Positions 9,501-19,043 of a DNA stretch of 64,000 nucleotides are shown in pieces. This DNA comes from an uncultured Chloroflexia bacterium. GTDB taxonomy: Bacteria > Chloroflexota > Limnocylindria > Limnocylindrales > CSP1-4. The DNA lies in contig CAVVNQ010000011.1 of assembly GCA_963749705.1 (NCBI GenBank), forward strand, positions 32,001 to 96,000, given 5' to 3'. The notes beneath the pieces are model-generated. The model was given only the letters and a program-made list of their open reading frames with translations, did not search any database and was not told the origin of the DNA. Made by a program: the position numbers and the translations under genes. Numbering within the stretch: the stretch's first letter is position 1; each line of letters opens with the position of its first letter.

Positions 9501-10046
9501 ATGGAGCGGACCCTCGTGGCCAGGGCACAGCGCGGCGATGAGCATGCATTCGCCGAGCTCGCCTTCGCCATCGGCGATCGGCTCTACGCGGTTGCGCACC
9601 GGATCCTGCGTGACACCGACCTCGCCGAGGACGCCACCCAGCAGGCGATCGTCACCATCTGGCGGGAGCTGCCGGCCCTTCGGGACACGGACCGCTTCAT
9701 GGCCTGGGCGTACCGGCTGCTGGTCAACGCCTGCTACCGCGAGACCCGACGGTCCCGGCGGTTCCAGGCGGTCGTCCACCTCATCCACTCGGGCACGATT
9801 GCCGATGACCCTGCGTCTGCTGTCGCGAACCGGGACGAGCTGGAGCGAGCGTTCCGGCGCCTGTCGCCGGAGCACCGCACCGTGCTTGTGCTCCAGTACC
9901 ACCTGGGCTACTCGCTGGAGCAGATCGCAGACACCCTCGGGATCCCGGCCGGGACCGTCCGGTCGAGGATCCACCACGCGAAGCGACACATGCGCGCGGC
10001 GATCGACGCCGACGCGCGCCAGGCGGCCGGAGGCCGATCGGCATGA
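9501..10046 (+). CDS. ECF sigma-70 factor
   Basis: AEDATQQ, WAYRLLVNAC, region 4 EQIADTLGIPAGTVRSRIHH. Confidence 0.92.
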   Translation: MERTLVARAQRGDEHAFAELAFAIGDRLYAVAHRILRDTDLAEDATQQAIVTIWRELPALRDTDRFMAWAYRLLVNACYRETRRSRRFQAVVHLIHSGTIADDPASAVANRDELERAFRRLSPEHRTVLVLQYHLGYSLEQIADTLGIPAGTVRSRIHHAKRHMRAAIDADARQAAGGRSA

Positions 10047-10891
10047 GCGAACACGAGTTCGACCGCGTCCTCTCCTCCGTCGTCGATGACGGCCCGACCG
10101 AGGTACCCGATCGGGTCATCGAGGCCGCCCTGGCGACGATCCCCACAACCCTCCAGCGCGGCCCGGCTGCGCTCTCCTGGAGACGTCCCATGTTCAAACC
10201 GCTCGCCGCCGTCCTCGTGTCGGCCGCCATGCTCGCCGTTGCCGTCATCTACATCCAGCTGGGACCGAGAGGCAACGTTGCGACTCCGCCCAGCCCGTCC
10301 CCGACCCCGACGTCCTCGCCCACGGCGCCGACGTCGGCCATTGGCCCATACACGACCTCCACGTTCAGCCTGCCGATCACATTCCCGCTGCGCCAAGGTG
10401 GGGCTACCGGTTACCACGTCAAGGAGACGGCGACGGCCGTGACGATCATCCCGCCCGGGACAACGAGCGAACGGCTCGTGCTCATGCCACTCGATGGCAC
10501 GCGGGTCATCGGTGCGGCCGGGGCTGACGGTGCCGCGTTGCCTGACACGATCGTCCAGCTGCTCGACGAGCGCGCCGGGTTCATGGCGTCACGGCTCAAG
10601 GCGTTCGACGGCGATCGTGCCGCTTCGTATCCCTTCGCAGGCGTCGACGCGCCCGTTGTCGCGGTCGAAACCGACCCCCGAGAAGCGGTGCCGAATTCGC
10701 CAGTGCTGCGAACGGCTGCAGGGGCGACGGTCGACGTCGCCGACGTGCCGTCGACGATGTGGATCCTGCCGGCCGTCGGCTCGAACGCCGGTGACCTGAT
10801 CGCCGTCTACTACGGCTCGACCGGGGACTTTGGCAACTACGGGGCGACCCTGCTGACGCTGCTCGCGGAGATTCAGCCCGTCGGCAGCTGA
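10043..10891 (+). CDS. Putative membrane-anchored anti-sigma factor
   Basis: ATGA overlap with sigma gene; short N-terminal domain, single TM helix, Pro/Thr linker, extracytoplasmic domain. Confidence 0.7.
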   Translation: MSEHEFDRVLSSVVDDGPTEVPDRVIEAALATIPTTLQRGPAALSWRRPMFKPLAAVLVSAAMLAVAVIYIQLGPRGNVATPPSPSPTPTSSPTAPTSAIGPYTTSTFSLPITFPLRQGGATGYHVKETATAVTIIPPGTTSERLVLMPLDGTRVIGAAGADGAALPDTIVQLLDERAGFMASRLKAFDGDRAASYPFAGVDAPVVAVETDPREAVPNSPVLRTAAGATVDVADVPSTMWILPAVGSNAGDLIAVYYGSTGDFGNYGATLLTLLAEIQPVGS

Positions 10892-10974
10892 CGCACGACG
10901 AGCGGAGACGAAACGCGTCGCGGACCAAGCGCGTCGCGGACCCGGTTGCCTCGATGCCGCGATCTCAGGGCGGG

Positions 10975-12675
10975 CTACGCGCGCGGGTCCAGCGCTCCAA
11001 GCCGCTCGGTGAGTCGGAGATTCTCGCGATAGTCGATCGGCACCTCGACCAGCGCCGGGCCCTCGACAGCGAGGGCTTCGGCAAGCGAGGCCGCCAGCCC
11101 CGCCGATGAGTCCGGCCGGAACGCGGGGATCCCGAACGAGCCCGCCAGGGCCACGAAGTCCGGGTTGCCGAACGTGACCCCGAACCGGCGCCCGAACTCG
11201 TTGCGCTGCTTCCAGTCGATCAGCCCGTACCCGTCGTCGCGCCACACGACGACCGTGACCCTTGCCCGCAGCCGGACGGCGGTCTCGAGCTCCTGGACGT
11301 TCATCAGCAGGCCACCGTCCCCGCACAGCGCGACGACCCGTCGATCCGGGTGCACGAGCGCCGCCGCGATGGCGCCCGGCAGCGCGATCCCCATCGACGC
11401 GAAGCCGTTGCTGATGATCACGGTGTTGGGCTCATACGCCTGGTACAACCGCGCGACCCAGATCTTGTGCGCGCCCACGTCCGAGACCACGATGTCATGC
11501 GAACCGAGCGCGCGGCGCAGGTCGAGGATCGCCTTCTGCGGCTTCACCGTCGCCGAATCGTCGTGCTCGAACGTGCCGAGCTCCTGGAGCAGATGCTGCC
11601 GAAGGTCGGCGTCGATCAGCGTCCCCTGCGACGCATGCCGCATGGCGCCGCTTCGTCCGCTGATCCCCTGGGGCTCGACGGCCTCGAGCAGGCGGCGGAG
11701 CGATCCCTCGATGTCGCCGATCAGCTCCACCGACGGCCGGTACGACGCGTCGACCTCGGCAGGTTGAGTGTCGATATGGAGGATCTGTTTGGTGCCGTCC
11801 GGGTTCCAGCGGGAGGGACCGTACTCGACGAGGTCATAGCCGACGCAGATCACGAGGTCCGCGCGATCGAACCCCGACAGGACGTGGTCGCGCGCCTGGA
11901 GGCCCACGGCCATGAGCGAGAGGTGGGATCGGTCATCCATCGCGCCCTTGCCCATGAACGTCTCGGCGACCGGCACGTGCAGGCGTTCCGCGAAGGCCCG
12001 AAGGGCGTCGGAGGCCCGGCGCCGGAGGACGCCGTTCCCGGCCAGGACGATCGGGCGCGACGAGGATGCGATGAGCGCCGCGGCGTGGGCGATCGCCTCA
12101 TCGGTCGGCTCCGGAAAGTAGGCACGCGACGGGGTCAGCGGCTGGAGCCCCGGATCCACACGCGACGCCGCGATGTCCTCCGGGATCTCGACATGGGTTG
12201 GGCCCGGCTTCTCGAGGCGCGCGATCCGGAACGCCCTCGCGACGGTCTCCGGGATCGCATCGGCGCGCCCGATCCGGGTCGTCCACTTGGTCACCGGCTC
12301 GAGCATCCGCGGGATGTCGACCAGCTGGTGCGATTCCTTGTGGAGCTTGTCCGAGCCGGTCTGGCCCGTGAGCGCGACCATCGGAGCACGGTCGAGGTAT
12401 GCGTCCGCGATCCCGGTGACGAGGTTGGTGGCCCCCGGCCCGAGGGTGGCCATCGCGACCGCGCACTGCCCGGTCAGCCGCCCGTAGACGTCCGCCATGA
12501 ACGCGGCGCCCTGCTCGTGTCGCGTCGTGACGTGGCGCACCCGCTCGTCGTCCGCGAGGGCGTCGAGGATGTCCATCGTCTCCTCGCCGGGCACGGAGAA
12601 CACCCACTCGCAGCCCTCGGCCGCGAGACAGTCGACGAGGAGGCGCGATGCGGTGGGTCGCGAGTCGGGCGTCAT
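10975..12675 (-). CDS. Acetolactate synthase large subunit-like TPP enzyme
   Basis: TRHEQGAAFMA, TLGPGATN, GDGGLLMNVQELET TPP motif; no small subunit adjacent. Confidence 0.9.
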   Translation of the reverse strand: MTPDSRPTASRLLVDCLAAEGCEWVFSVPGEETMDILDALADDERVRHVTTRHEQGAAFMADVYGRLTGQCAVAMATLGPGATNLVTGIADAYLDRAPMVALTGQTGSDKLHKESHQLVDIPRMLEPVTKWTTRIGRADAIPETVARAFRIARLEKPGPTHVEIPEDIAASRVDPGLQPLTPSRAYFPEPTDEAIAHAAALIASSSRPIVLAGNGVLRRRASDALRAFAERLHVPVAETFMGKGAMDDRSHLSLMAVGLQARDHVLSGFDRADLVICVGYDLVEYGPSRWNPDGTKQILHIDTQPAEVDASYRPSVELIGDIEGSLRRLLEAVEPQGISGRSGAMRHASQGTLIDADLRQHLLQELGTFEHDDSATVKPQKAILDLRRALGSHDIVVSDVGAHKIWVARLYQAYEPNTVIISNGFASMGIALPGAIAAALVHPDRRVVALCGDGGLLMNVQELETAVRLRARVTVVVWRDDGYGLIDWKQRNEFGRRFGVTFGNPDFVALAGSFGIPAFRPDSSAGLAASLAEALAVEGPALVEVPIDYRENLRLTERLGALDPRA

Positions 12676-12767
12676 CGCGTTCAGTCTAGGCGCAGGGCCG
12701 GATCACGGGCCGACTGGCGGTAAGATCGGGTCACCACGCCGCGGTGCGTGCCAGGAGCCAACGAGCC

Positions 12768-13229
12768 GTGAGCGTCGTCCATCGCCCCAAGAACCAGCTG
12801 ATCCTGATCGCCGGCCTGGTCTGGTGTGCGGCGGGCGCGATGGTGTGCGTGATCGGGCTCCCCCTCGAGATCACGCTCGCGCCGGAGCACCTGGTCCTGC
12901 TGCCGCTCGCGGTCGCGATCTTCCTCGCCTTCTACTACCTCGTCTTCTCGCGCCTCGTGCGCAGGCACACCAGCCGGATCCGCGCGCGGGAGGAGGAACG
13001 CCTGCCGTTCTGGAACTTCCTCAACGCCTCGTCGTGGGCGGTGATGGCGGTGATGATGGCCGGTGGCATGGCGCTGCGCCTCTCGCACCTCATGCCCGAC
13101 TGGATGATCGCGTTCTTCTACAGCGGGCTGGGCATCGCCCTGTTCCTGTGCGGCGTCAGCTTCCTGGGCATCTTCGCCCGCAGGGAGGTCCTGATCCTCA
13201 CGCCAGAGACGCCCACCTCCGACCAGTAG
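12768..13229 (+). CDS. Hypothetical integral membrane protein (about 4 TM)
   Basis: Hydrophobic segments; AGGAG upstream of GTG 12768. Confidence 0.7.
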   Translation: MSVVHRPKNQLILIAGLVWCAAGAMVCVIGLPLEITLAPEHLVLLPLAVAIFLAFYYLVFSRLVRRHTSRIRAREEERLPFWNFLNASSWAVMAVMMAGGMALRLSHLMPDWMIAFFYSGLGIALFLCGVSFLGIFARREVLILTPETPTSDQ

Positions 13230-13365
13230 CACGGGCGACGTCCAGGCGATCACGGCAAGGCCGCCCGAGCTCCGCCAGCGCCGGCCCGGGGTGCGGCCGC
13301 GACCTGTGCCGGCACACCGGGCGGGCCATCTTCGCGACGATCCGACCCCCGTTTCGCGAAAGATC

Positions 13366-13392
13366 GAACCATCCGGCCCCCGCCCCGGTCAT
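13366..13392 (+). promoter_or_regulatory. Candidate autoregulatory ECF promoter GAACC-N18-TCAT, probably leaderless
   Basis: Identical architecture to 9436-9462; GTG start at 13400 lies 7 nt downstream. Confidence 0.5.
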
Positions 13393-13399
13393 CTAGGTT

Positions 13400-13975
13400 G
13401 TGATCGGGATCAATGTCCAGGCAGGGGGCACCGGGGTGGATGACATCCGCGGCAAGCTGAGCGGGTCCGCCGACGACCGAGCCGAGGCGTTCACGCGCCT
13501 GCTGGACGATGCCCTCGATCGCAGCTTCCGGCTCGCGGCCGTGATCCTCGGCGATCGCGACGACGCCGAGGATGCGGTCAGCGATGCCGCGCTCCGCGCG
13601 TGGCAGCACGTCGCCTCCCTCCGCGACCCCGAGAAGTTCCCGGCCTGGTTCTCGAGGATCCTGGTCAACGTCTGCAGGGACCGGCTTCACCAGCGGCATC
13701 GCCCCTCGATCGTCGCGTTCGCCACGCCGGCCATCGCCGATCCGTTTGCCGCATCCGTCGAGCGTGCCGCGCTCCGTGAGGCGCTGAGCGCGCTGACCCC
13801 CGAGCACCGGGCGGTCATTGCGCTCCACTACCTCGAGGGACTCACCGCCGAGCAGATCTCCGCCCAGCTTGACCTGCCCGTGGGCACGGTGAAGTCACGA
13901 CTGCACTACGGCCTGGCCGGGCTTCGGGCGGCCTATGAGGCGGCCGCTCGCGACCCGATGGGAGCGATCCGATGA
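13400..13975 (+). CDS. ECF sigma-70 factor
   Basis: DAEDAVSDA, WFSRILVNVCRD, LDLPVGTVKSRLHYG. Confidence 0.92.
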   Translation: MIGINVQAGGTGVDDIRGKLSGSADDRAEAFTRLLDDALDRSFRLAAVILGDRDDAEDAVSDAALRAWQHVASLRDPEKFPAWFSRILVNVCRDRLHQRHRPSIVAFATPAIADPFAASVERAALREALSALTPEHRAVIALHYLEGLTAEQISAQLDLPVGTVKSRLHYGLAGLRAAYEAAARDPMGAIR

Positions 13976-15549
13976 CCGACGAGCGCTTCGATCGCGACCT
14001 CACCGTCGTCCTGCGTGATCTCGCCGGCGACGGTGCCCCGGCATCCCTCCGGTACCGCCTGCGCGCGATCACCGACGCCCCGACGGCACGTCGGCGGTCG
14101 TGGTTCGCGCCGTTGCTCCAGCTCGCGGCGGCTGCGCTGGTCGTGGTTGCCGCGGCGGCCCTCGGCTGGACATTCCTCCAGGGTCCGATCGTGGGCGTCA
14201 AGCCGACGTCCTCGCCCGAGCCGACCTCGAGCGCCCCGGCGCAGACCGAGAGCCCGACGCCGAGCGAGAGCCCGAGCCCGAGCGACACCCCGAGCGAGTC
14301 ACCGGCGCCCAGATCCAACGGCTGGACCGGCCTCGTGTGGTCGGATCCGGTCGTGCCGGAGGTCCAGGATGGTCTCCGGATGGTGGACGTCGTCCCGTGG
14401 GGCGACGCCTACATCGCGGTCGGCGAAACGGGTGTCAACGACCCGCAGCGCAACCCGAAGGGTGCGTTCCTGACCTCACCTGACGCGCTCCACTGGACGG
14501 TCGTCCAGACCGTCGATCTCCTGCGGTCGGGTGAGTGGATGACCCACGTGTTCGTGGTCGGCGGGCAGCTGCTGGCCACCGCGGAGGGCGGCGGGGTGGA
14601 CTGCCCGGCCGACACGACCTGCGCGGAGCCCGACTTCTCGCCCGAGCTCTGGACCTCGACGGACGGCTCGCACTGGACACCCGTGGACAGCCCGAGCTGG
14701 CACGCTGCGTGGGCGAATGCCGGCGCCCCCATGTTCATGGTTGCAGGCGACGGCGGCATCATCGCGGTCGGCTACAAGGGCCAGGGCGTTGGCCAGCCGG
14801 GCCAGAAGCCGCCGCCGGCGGTCCCGGTCGTGTTCCATTCCAACGACGGTCTGACCTGGGAGCAGGCCGACCTGTCGCAGGGCTTCGACCATGCGGTGCT
14901 CCGGGATGCCGCCGCGTTCCGCAGTGGGTTCGTCATCGTCGGGCGGGACGGCGTGCGGGATCCCGCCACCGAGGTGGTGGACGGTCCCTACCCGCTGGGC
15001 CTGGGCCGGCCGGCCGCCTGGGTCTCCGCGGATGGGATCCACTGGGCCGCAGCACAGGTCGACGGGATCGAGATCGAAGGCGGGGAGCTGACCGAGGTCG
15101 CCGTCGGCGCCGATGGGCTGTTTGCGACCGGCGCCGGCTCGCCTGCCGCCGGTGACGCAACCCCGAGCGGCTGGGTCTCCGCCGACGGCGCGACGTGGCG
15201 CGTGGCCGGGCGGTTGGGCATCGATCTGCCGGCCATGGACCAGGGCATCAACCAGGTCCCCGCCATCGGCTCCACGATGCTCGCATCGGACGGCCGGAAC
15301 ATCGTCGTCCTCGACCGCGCGGCACCGGGTTCGGACACGATGGCGGCCTGGGTCTCAGCCGACGGCGCGACCTGGTCGCAGCCCTCCTTCACCGGGTCGT
15401 CGTCGCTGCCCAGCATCGGTCAGTACGGTCCGCAGGATGCGCAGGTCATGTACGTGACGGGTGCGGTGGTGCTCCCGGACCGCATCATGGTGTCCGGCTA
15501 CGGCAACGACACGTACGCGCTGTGGCTGGCAACGGCGGTCACGCCCTGA
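13972..15549 (+). CDS. Putative anti-sigma factor with extracellular Asp-box (BNR) beta-propeller
   Basis: ATGA overlap; single TM; Pro/Ser linker; six SxDxxxW boxes (TSPDALHW, TSTDGSHW, HSNDGLTW, VSADGIHW, VSADGATW twice). Confidence 0.75.
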   Translation: MTDERFDRDLTVVLRDLAGDGAPASLRYRLRAITDAPTARRRSWFAPLLQLAAAALVVVAAAALGWTFLQGPIVGVKPTSSPEPTSSAPAQTESPTPSESPSPSDTPSESPAPRSNGWTGLVWSDPVVPEVQDGLRMVDVVPWGDAYIAVGETGVNDPQRNPKGAFLTSPDALHWTVVQTVDLLRSGEWMTHVFVVGGQLLATAEGGGVDCPADTTCAEPDFSPELWTSTDGSHWTPVDSPSWHAAWANAGAPMFMVAGDGGIIAVGYKGQGVGQPGQKPPPAVPVVFHSNDGLTWEQADLSQGFDHAVLRDAAAFRSGFVIVGRDGVRDPATEVVDGPYPLGLGRPAAWVSADGIHWAAAQVDGIEIEGGELTEVAVGADGLFATGAGSPAAGDATPSGWVSADGATWRVAGRLGIDLPAMDQGINQVPAIGSTMLASDGRNIVVLDRAAPGSDTMAAWVSADGATWSQPSFTGSSSLPSIGQYGPQDAQVMYVTGAVVLPDRIMVSGYGNDTYALWLATAVTP

Positions 15550-15609
15550 TCCCTGCATCGGACCCGGTCGGCTGACCACGCAGCCGGAGCACATGCGACG
15601 ATCAGCGCC

Positions 15610-16506
15610 GTGCGCCGACTGCTCGTCGTCGATTTCGCCAACCTGGCCCACCGCGCGTACTTCGCGGGGCGCGGCAATCCGTCGTTCGCGCCCGACGGCC
15701 GCCCGGTGTTCCTGGTTCGCGCGTTCCTGCGCTTCGTCCTCACGCGGATCCGCGAGGAGCGGGCCAGCCACGTCGCGCTCGCGTTCGAGAGCACGACGGG
15801 CTCGAGGCGCCGCGACCTCCACCCGGACTACAAGCCGCGCAGGGCGGAGGAGCCGGACGATCTCGTCCCCCAGCTTCGCGATGCCAACATCGCAGCGGGC
15901 CGCATGGGCTGGGCGCGCTACCGGGCCGAGGGCTGGGAGGCGGACGACGCCATGGCCGGGATCGCCGACGCCGCGCTCGCCTCGGGCTTCGACGAGGTCC
16001 TGCTCCACACCGGAGACCACGACCTGCTGGGCATGGTCGGTGACCGCGTGGCGGTCCTGATCCCTCGTGCCGGTGGCGGCATTGACCGGTTCGAGCCCAC
16101 CGATGTCGAGGAGCGGAGCCCGTACCGCGTGCCTCCGGCGCAGGTGGCCGACGTGAAGGCGCTGATCGGCGACACGACCGACGGCTACGGAGGGGTGCGG
16201 GGCATCGGGCCGGCCGCGGGCCCGGACCTGGTGCGGCGGTTCGGGTCGGTCGCGGGGATCTACGAGCGGATCGACGAGGTCACGGCCGGGGGCGTGCGGA
16301 AGCGGCTGCTCGCCGGGCGCGAGGAGGCGTTCCGATGCCTGGATCTTGCGACCCTGCGTCGCGATGCGCCCCTGACGCCATCCTTCGATCCCGAGGCCGG
16401 CCGCGTGGGCGCGCACGACCGAGCGCGCGCGGCCGCGTGGCTCGCATCGATGGGCCTCGCGGACATGGTGCGGCTCGCCGAATCGACGGCATTGGAAGGC
16501 AGCTGA
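15610..16506 (+). CDS. Stand-alone 5'-3' exonuclease / flap endonuclease (Pol I N-terminal-like)
   Basis: DYKPRR, EADD, TGDHDL, GDTTDGYGGVRGIGP H3TH motif. Confidence 0.88.
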   Translation: MRRLLVVDFANLAHRAYFAGRGNPSFAPDGRPVFLVRAFLRFVLTRIREERASHVALAFESTTGSRRRDLHPDYKPRRAEEPDDLVPQLRDANIAAGRMGWARYRAEGWEADDAMAGIADAALASGFDEVLLHTGDHDLLGMVGDRVAVLIPRAGGGIDRFEPTDVEERSPYRVPPAQVADVKALIGDTTDGYGGVRGIGPAAGPDLVRRFGSVAGIYERIDEVTAGGVRKRLLAGREEAFRCLDLATLRRDAPLTPSFDPEAGRVGAHDRARAAAWLASMGLADMVRLAESTALEGS

Positions 16507-16556
16507 TCGACGCGCTAGAGTGCGGAAATTGCCAGACCCGCACCCGGAGGCGCCCC

Positions 16557-17138
16557 ATGGCCGAGGTCCTGCTGTTCCACCACGCCCAGGGATTGACGCC
16601 CGGTGTCCTGGCGTTTGCCGACGTGCTGCGAGCCGCGGGTCACACGGTGCACACGCCGGACCTGTTCGACGGACGGACGTTCGGGAGCATCGAGGAGGGC
16701 GTCGCCCACGCCAGCGAGATCGGGTTCGACAACGTCCGCGAGCGAGGCGTCCGCGCGGCCGACGACCTGCCCGCCGAGCTCGTGTATGCGGGGATGTCGT
16801 TGGGCGAGATGGTTGCCCAGAAGCTCGCCCAGACGCGGCCCGGCGCCCGCGGCGCGCTCCTCTTCTTCTCGTGCATCCCGATCAGCGGCGAGTGGGCGTT
16901 CGGGCCCTGGCCGGACGGCGTCCCGGTGCAGATCCACGGCATGGACGCGGATCCGATCTTCGTCGGCGAGGGCGACATCGAGGCCGCCCGCGAGATCGTG
17001 GACACGGTCGAGGACGCTGAGCTGTTCCTCTACCCCGGCGACCAGCACTACTTCGCCGACAGCTCGCTCCCCTCATATGACGCCGAGGCGACGGCGCTGC
17101 TCACCCAGCGCGTGCTCGAGTTCCTCGACCGCGTCTGA
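16557..17138 (+). CDS. Dienelactone hydrolase-family alpha/beta hydrolase
   Basis: LFHHAQG, GMSLG nucleophile elbow, YPGDQHYF. Confidence 0.85.
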   Translation: MAEVLLFHHAQGLTPGVLAFADVLRAAGHTVHTPDLFDGRTFGSIEEGVAHASEIGFDNVRERGVRAADDLPAELVYAGMSLGEMVAQKLAQTRPGARGALLFFSCIPISGEWAFGPWPDGVPVQIHGMDADPIFVGEGDIEAAREIVDTVEDAELFLYPGDQHYFADSSLPSYDAEATALLTQRVLEFLDRV

Positions 17139-17265
17139 CGGCCGACCGAGAATAGCGGCGCTGCAACTGGGCTCCGGGCAGGTCTGGCGCGTCCTGGCAC
17201 CACAATCTCAGTCCGATCACTCGGCTGCTAGGACCGATGCAAGGTCATCGCGGGACGATCACGCG

Positions 17266-17829
17266 ATGAACAGCCCGAATCGGCGGATCGGCGTCCTGCT
17301 GGCGGCTGCCATCGCCCTGCTCGCGATCTCCATACCGGTGCTTGCGGCGTCGCCGCGGCCGTCCGCCGCTCCGGACAATTCCGCCAAGCCGGAGAAGTCC
17401 GCCAAGCCGGAGAAGTCCGCCAAGCCGGAGAAGGGTCCCGAGGTCGAGATCACGCTCAAGGGCACCGTCCAGAAGTCGACCGATGCCAAGGGTCGCACAA
17501 CATTCACGATGACCGTGGACGGAAAGACCTGGTCCGTCTCGGCAGGACCGCCATGGTTCTGGGGCGACAACAATCCGCTGGCCGCATTCGTCGGCAAGTC
17601 GGTGACGATCGTCGGAACGACGCGATCCGGTGACACCGGGGTCGACGTCGAGACAGTGGACGGGAAGACGCTTCGCGCGGCGGGAAAACCACCGTGGGCA
17701 GGCGGGCCGTGGACGGTCGGTCCCAGCCACCCCGGATGGAAGTCCTGGATGGCCGGCGGCAAGCCCGGCCACGGCCACGGTCGAGACAACGCGCCCGGGC
17801 AGCTCAAGAAGGTGACCCCGACCTCCTGA
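17266..17829 (+). CDS. Secreted hypothetical protein
   Basis: Signal peptide; SAKPEK x3; GPPWF and GKPPWAGG motifs; C-terminal NAPGQLKK. Confidence 0.7.
   Translation: MNSPNRRIGVLLAAAIALLAISIPVLAASPRPSAAPDNSAKPEKSAKPEKSAKPEKGPEVEITLKGTVQKSTDAKGRTTFTMTVDGKTWSVSAGPPWFWGDNNPLAAFVGKSVTIVGTTRSGDTGVDVETVDGKTLRAAGKPPWAGGPWTVGPSHPGWKSWMAGGKPGHGHGRDNAPGQLKKVTPTS
17380..17433 (+). repeat. 18-nt tandem repeat x3 (TCCGCCAAGCCGGAGAAG) encoding SAKPEK
   Basis: Three exact copies read directly. Confidence 0.9.
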
Positions 17830-17853
17830 AACGGCCGCGCCCGGCGGAGGCTC

Positions 17854-18864
17854 TCATGCCACGGGCAAATCCTCCCGGTGGTGCGTAGCAGCCACCGCGC
17901 CCAGGTCGGCCGCATCGACCGCGTCCGCGGTGGTCTTCGCGGCCCGGACCCGCGTGACCGCCCGCAGGGTGGCCGTCCGGACGCCGCCCTCGCGTGCCGC
18001 CCGCTCCCCCACGACGGCCCCCGGCCCGATCTCGGCCACCTCGCGTCCATCCACCTCGACCACCAGGATGCCGTCGAGGATCAGGTAGACGTCGATGGCC
18101 ATCTCGCCCTGGGTGATCAGGGCATCGCCGGCATCCACCGTACGGATCTCAGGCTTCGTGCCGCCGTGCATGATCGCGCCCGACACCCGGCGCTCCATCG
18201 CGGACTCGACCGCGCTCACCACGGCAGGCAAATCGTAGGTGCCCCACGGCGTCTGGTCGCCGAACGAGTCGTTGAACCACTTCTTGAAGTCGACCAGGCC
18301 GGACTTCTGGACCAGCTCGCCCGCGTCGTCATACACCCAGTGGCGGGGAAACGGGCTGGCTCCGACGAGCCCGCGAGTGGCTGACCCATCGGCGTTGATG
18401 GTCAGCTCGAGCGTGGACCACGCGATCGAAGGCCAGAACTGGACGAACGGCTTGCGTGCGACCGGTCGCGGCGTTGGCAGCCCCATCCGCCCGCCGACCG
18501 TCTGGACGAAGCGCACGGACGTCGGACCGACCTCCGGCTCGTGCTGGATGTCGGGAAGGTGGACGGCCGGAAAGCGGATCGCCGCCGGGCCCACGCGCAC
18601 GGTGGTCGCGCCGATGTGTCCCTGGCCGAGGTAACCCTGGTCCACGATGCGCCCGTCCTCGACCTCGATGAACGCCCGGAGCTCGTTCGCCTCGCGGAAC
18701 CGATCCGTCCGGCGAAGGTCCTCGAGATCGACGATCCGTTCGGGCGGCGGCTGGTCGTAGTGCGTGATCCCCAGCTCGAACGGGACCTTGGGCGCGCCCG
18801 CGATGGCGTCGGAGGGGATCCACGACACGGCCGTGACGCTGGATTCGAATCGTTGTCGGCTCAT
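17854..18864 (-). CDS. Protein with uncharacterised N-terminal domain and C-terminal cyclic-nucleotide-binding domain
   Basis: LITQGE, VYLILDG, GAVVGERA and RTATLRA phosphate-binding cassette. Confidence 0.85.
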   Translation of the reverse strand: MSRQRFESSVTAVSWIPSDAIAGAPKVPFELGITHYDQPPPERIVDLEDLRRTDRFREANELRAFIEVEDGRIVDQGYLGQGHIGATTVRVGPAAIRFPAVHLPDIQHEPEVGPTSVRFVQTVGGRMGLPTPRPVARKPFVQFWPSIAWSTLELTINADGSATRGLVGASPFPRHWVYDDAGELVQKSGLVDFKKWFNDSFGDQTPWGTYDLPAVVSAVESAMERRVSGAIMHGGTKPEIRTVDAGDALITQGEMAIDVYLILDGILVVEVDGREVAEIGPGAVVGERAAREGGVRTATLRAVTRVRAAKTTADAVDAADLGAVAATHHREDLPVA

Positions 18865-19043
18865 CGGGGCACCTGTATGGCTGGACGCTGGCCCGCACAG
18901 CATGACGGGAGTCGCGGAATGCTGTCATGGGACCGGCGTCCCGACTCGACCGGGCGGCCGTGAGCATGGACCGGTCGCCGTCACGCGCCCCCGGCGCCCG
19001 GTTGCCGTGCCTCCGCGCCGAGGCAACCCCATACAATCCGCCG

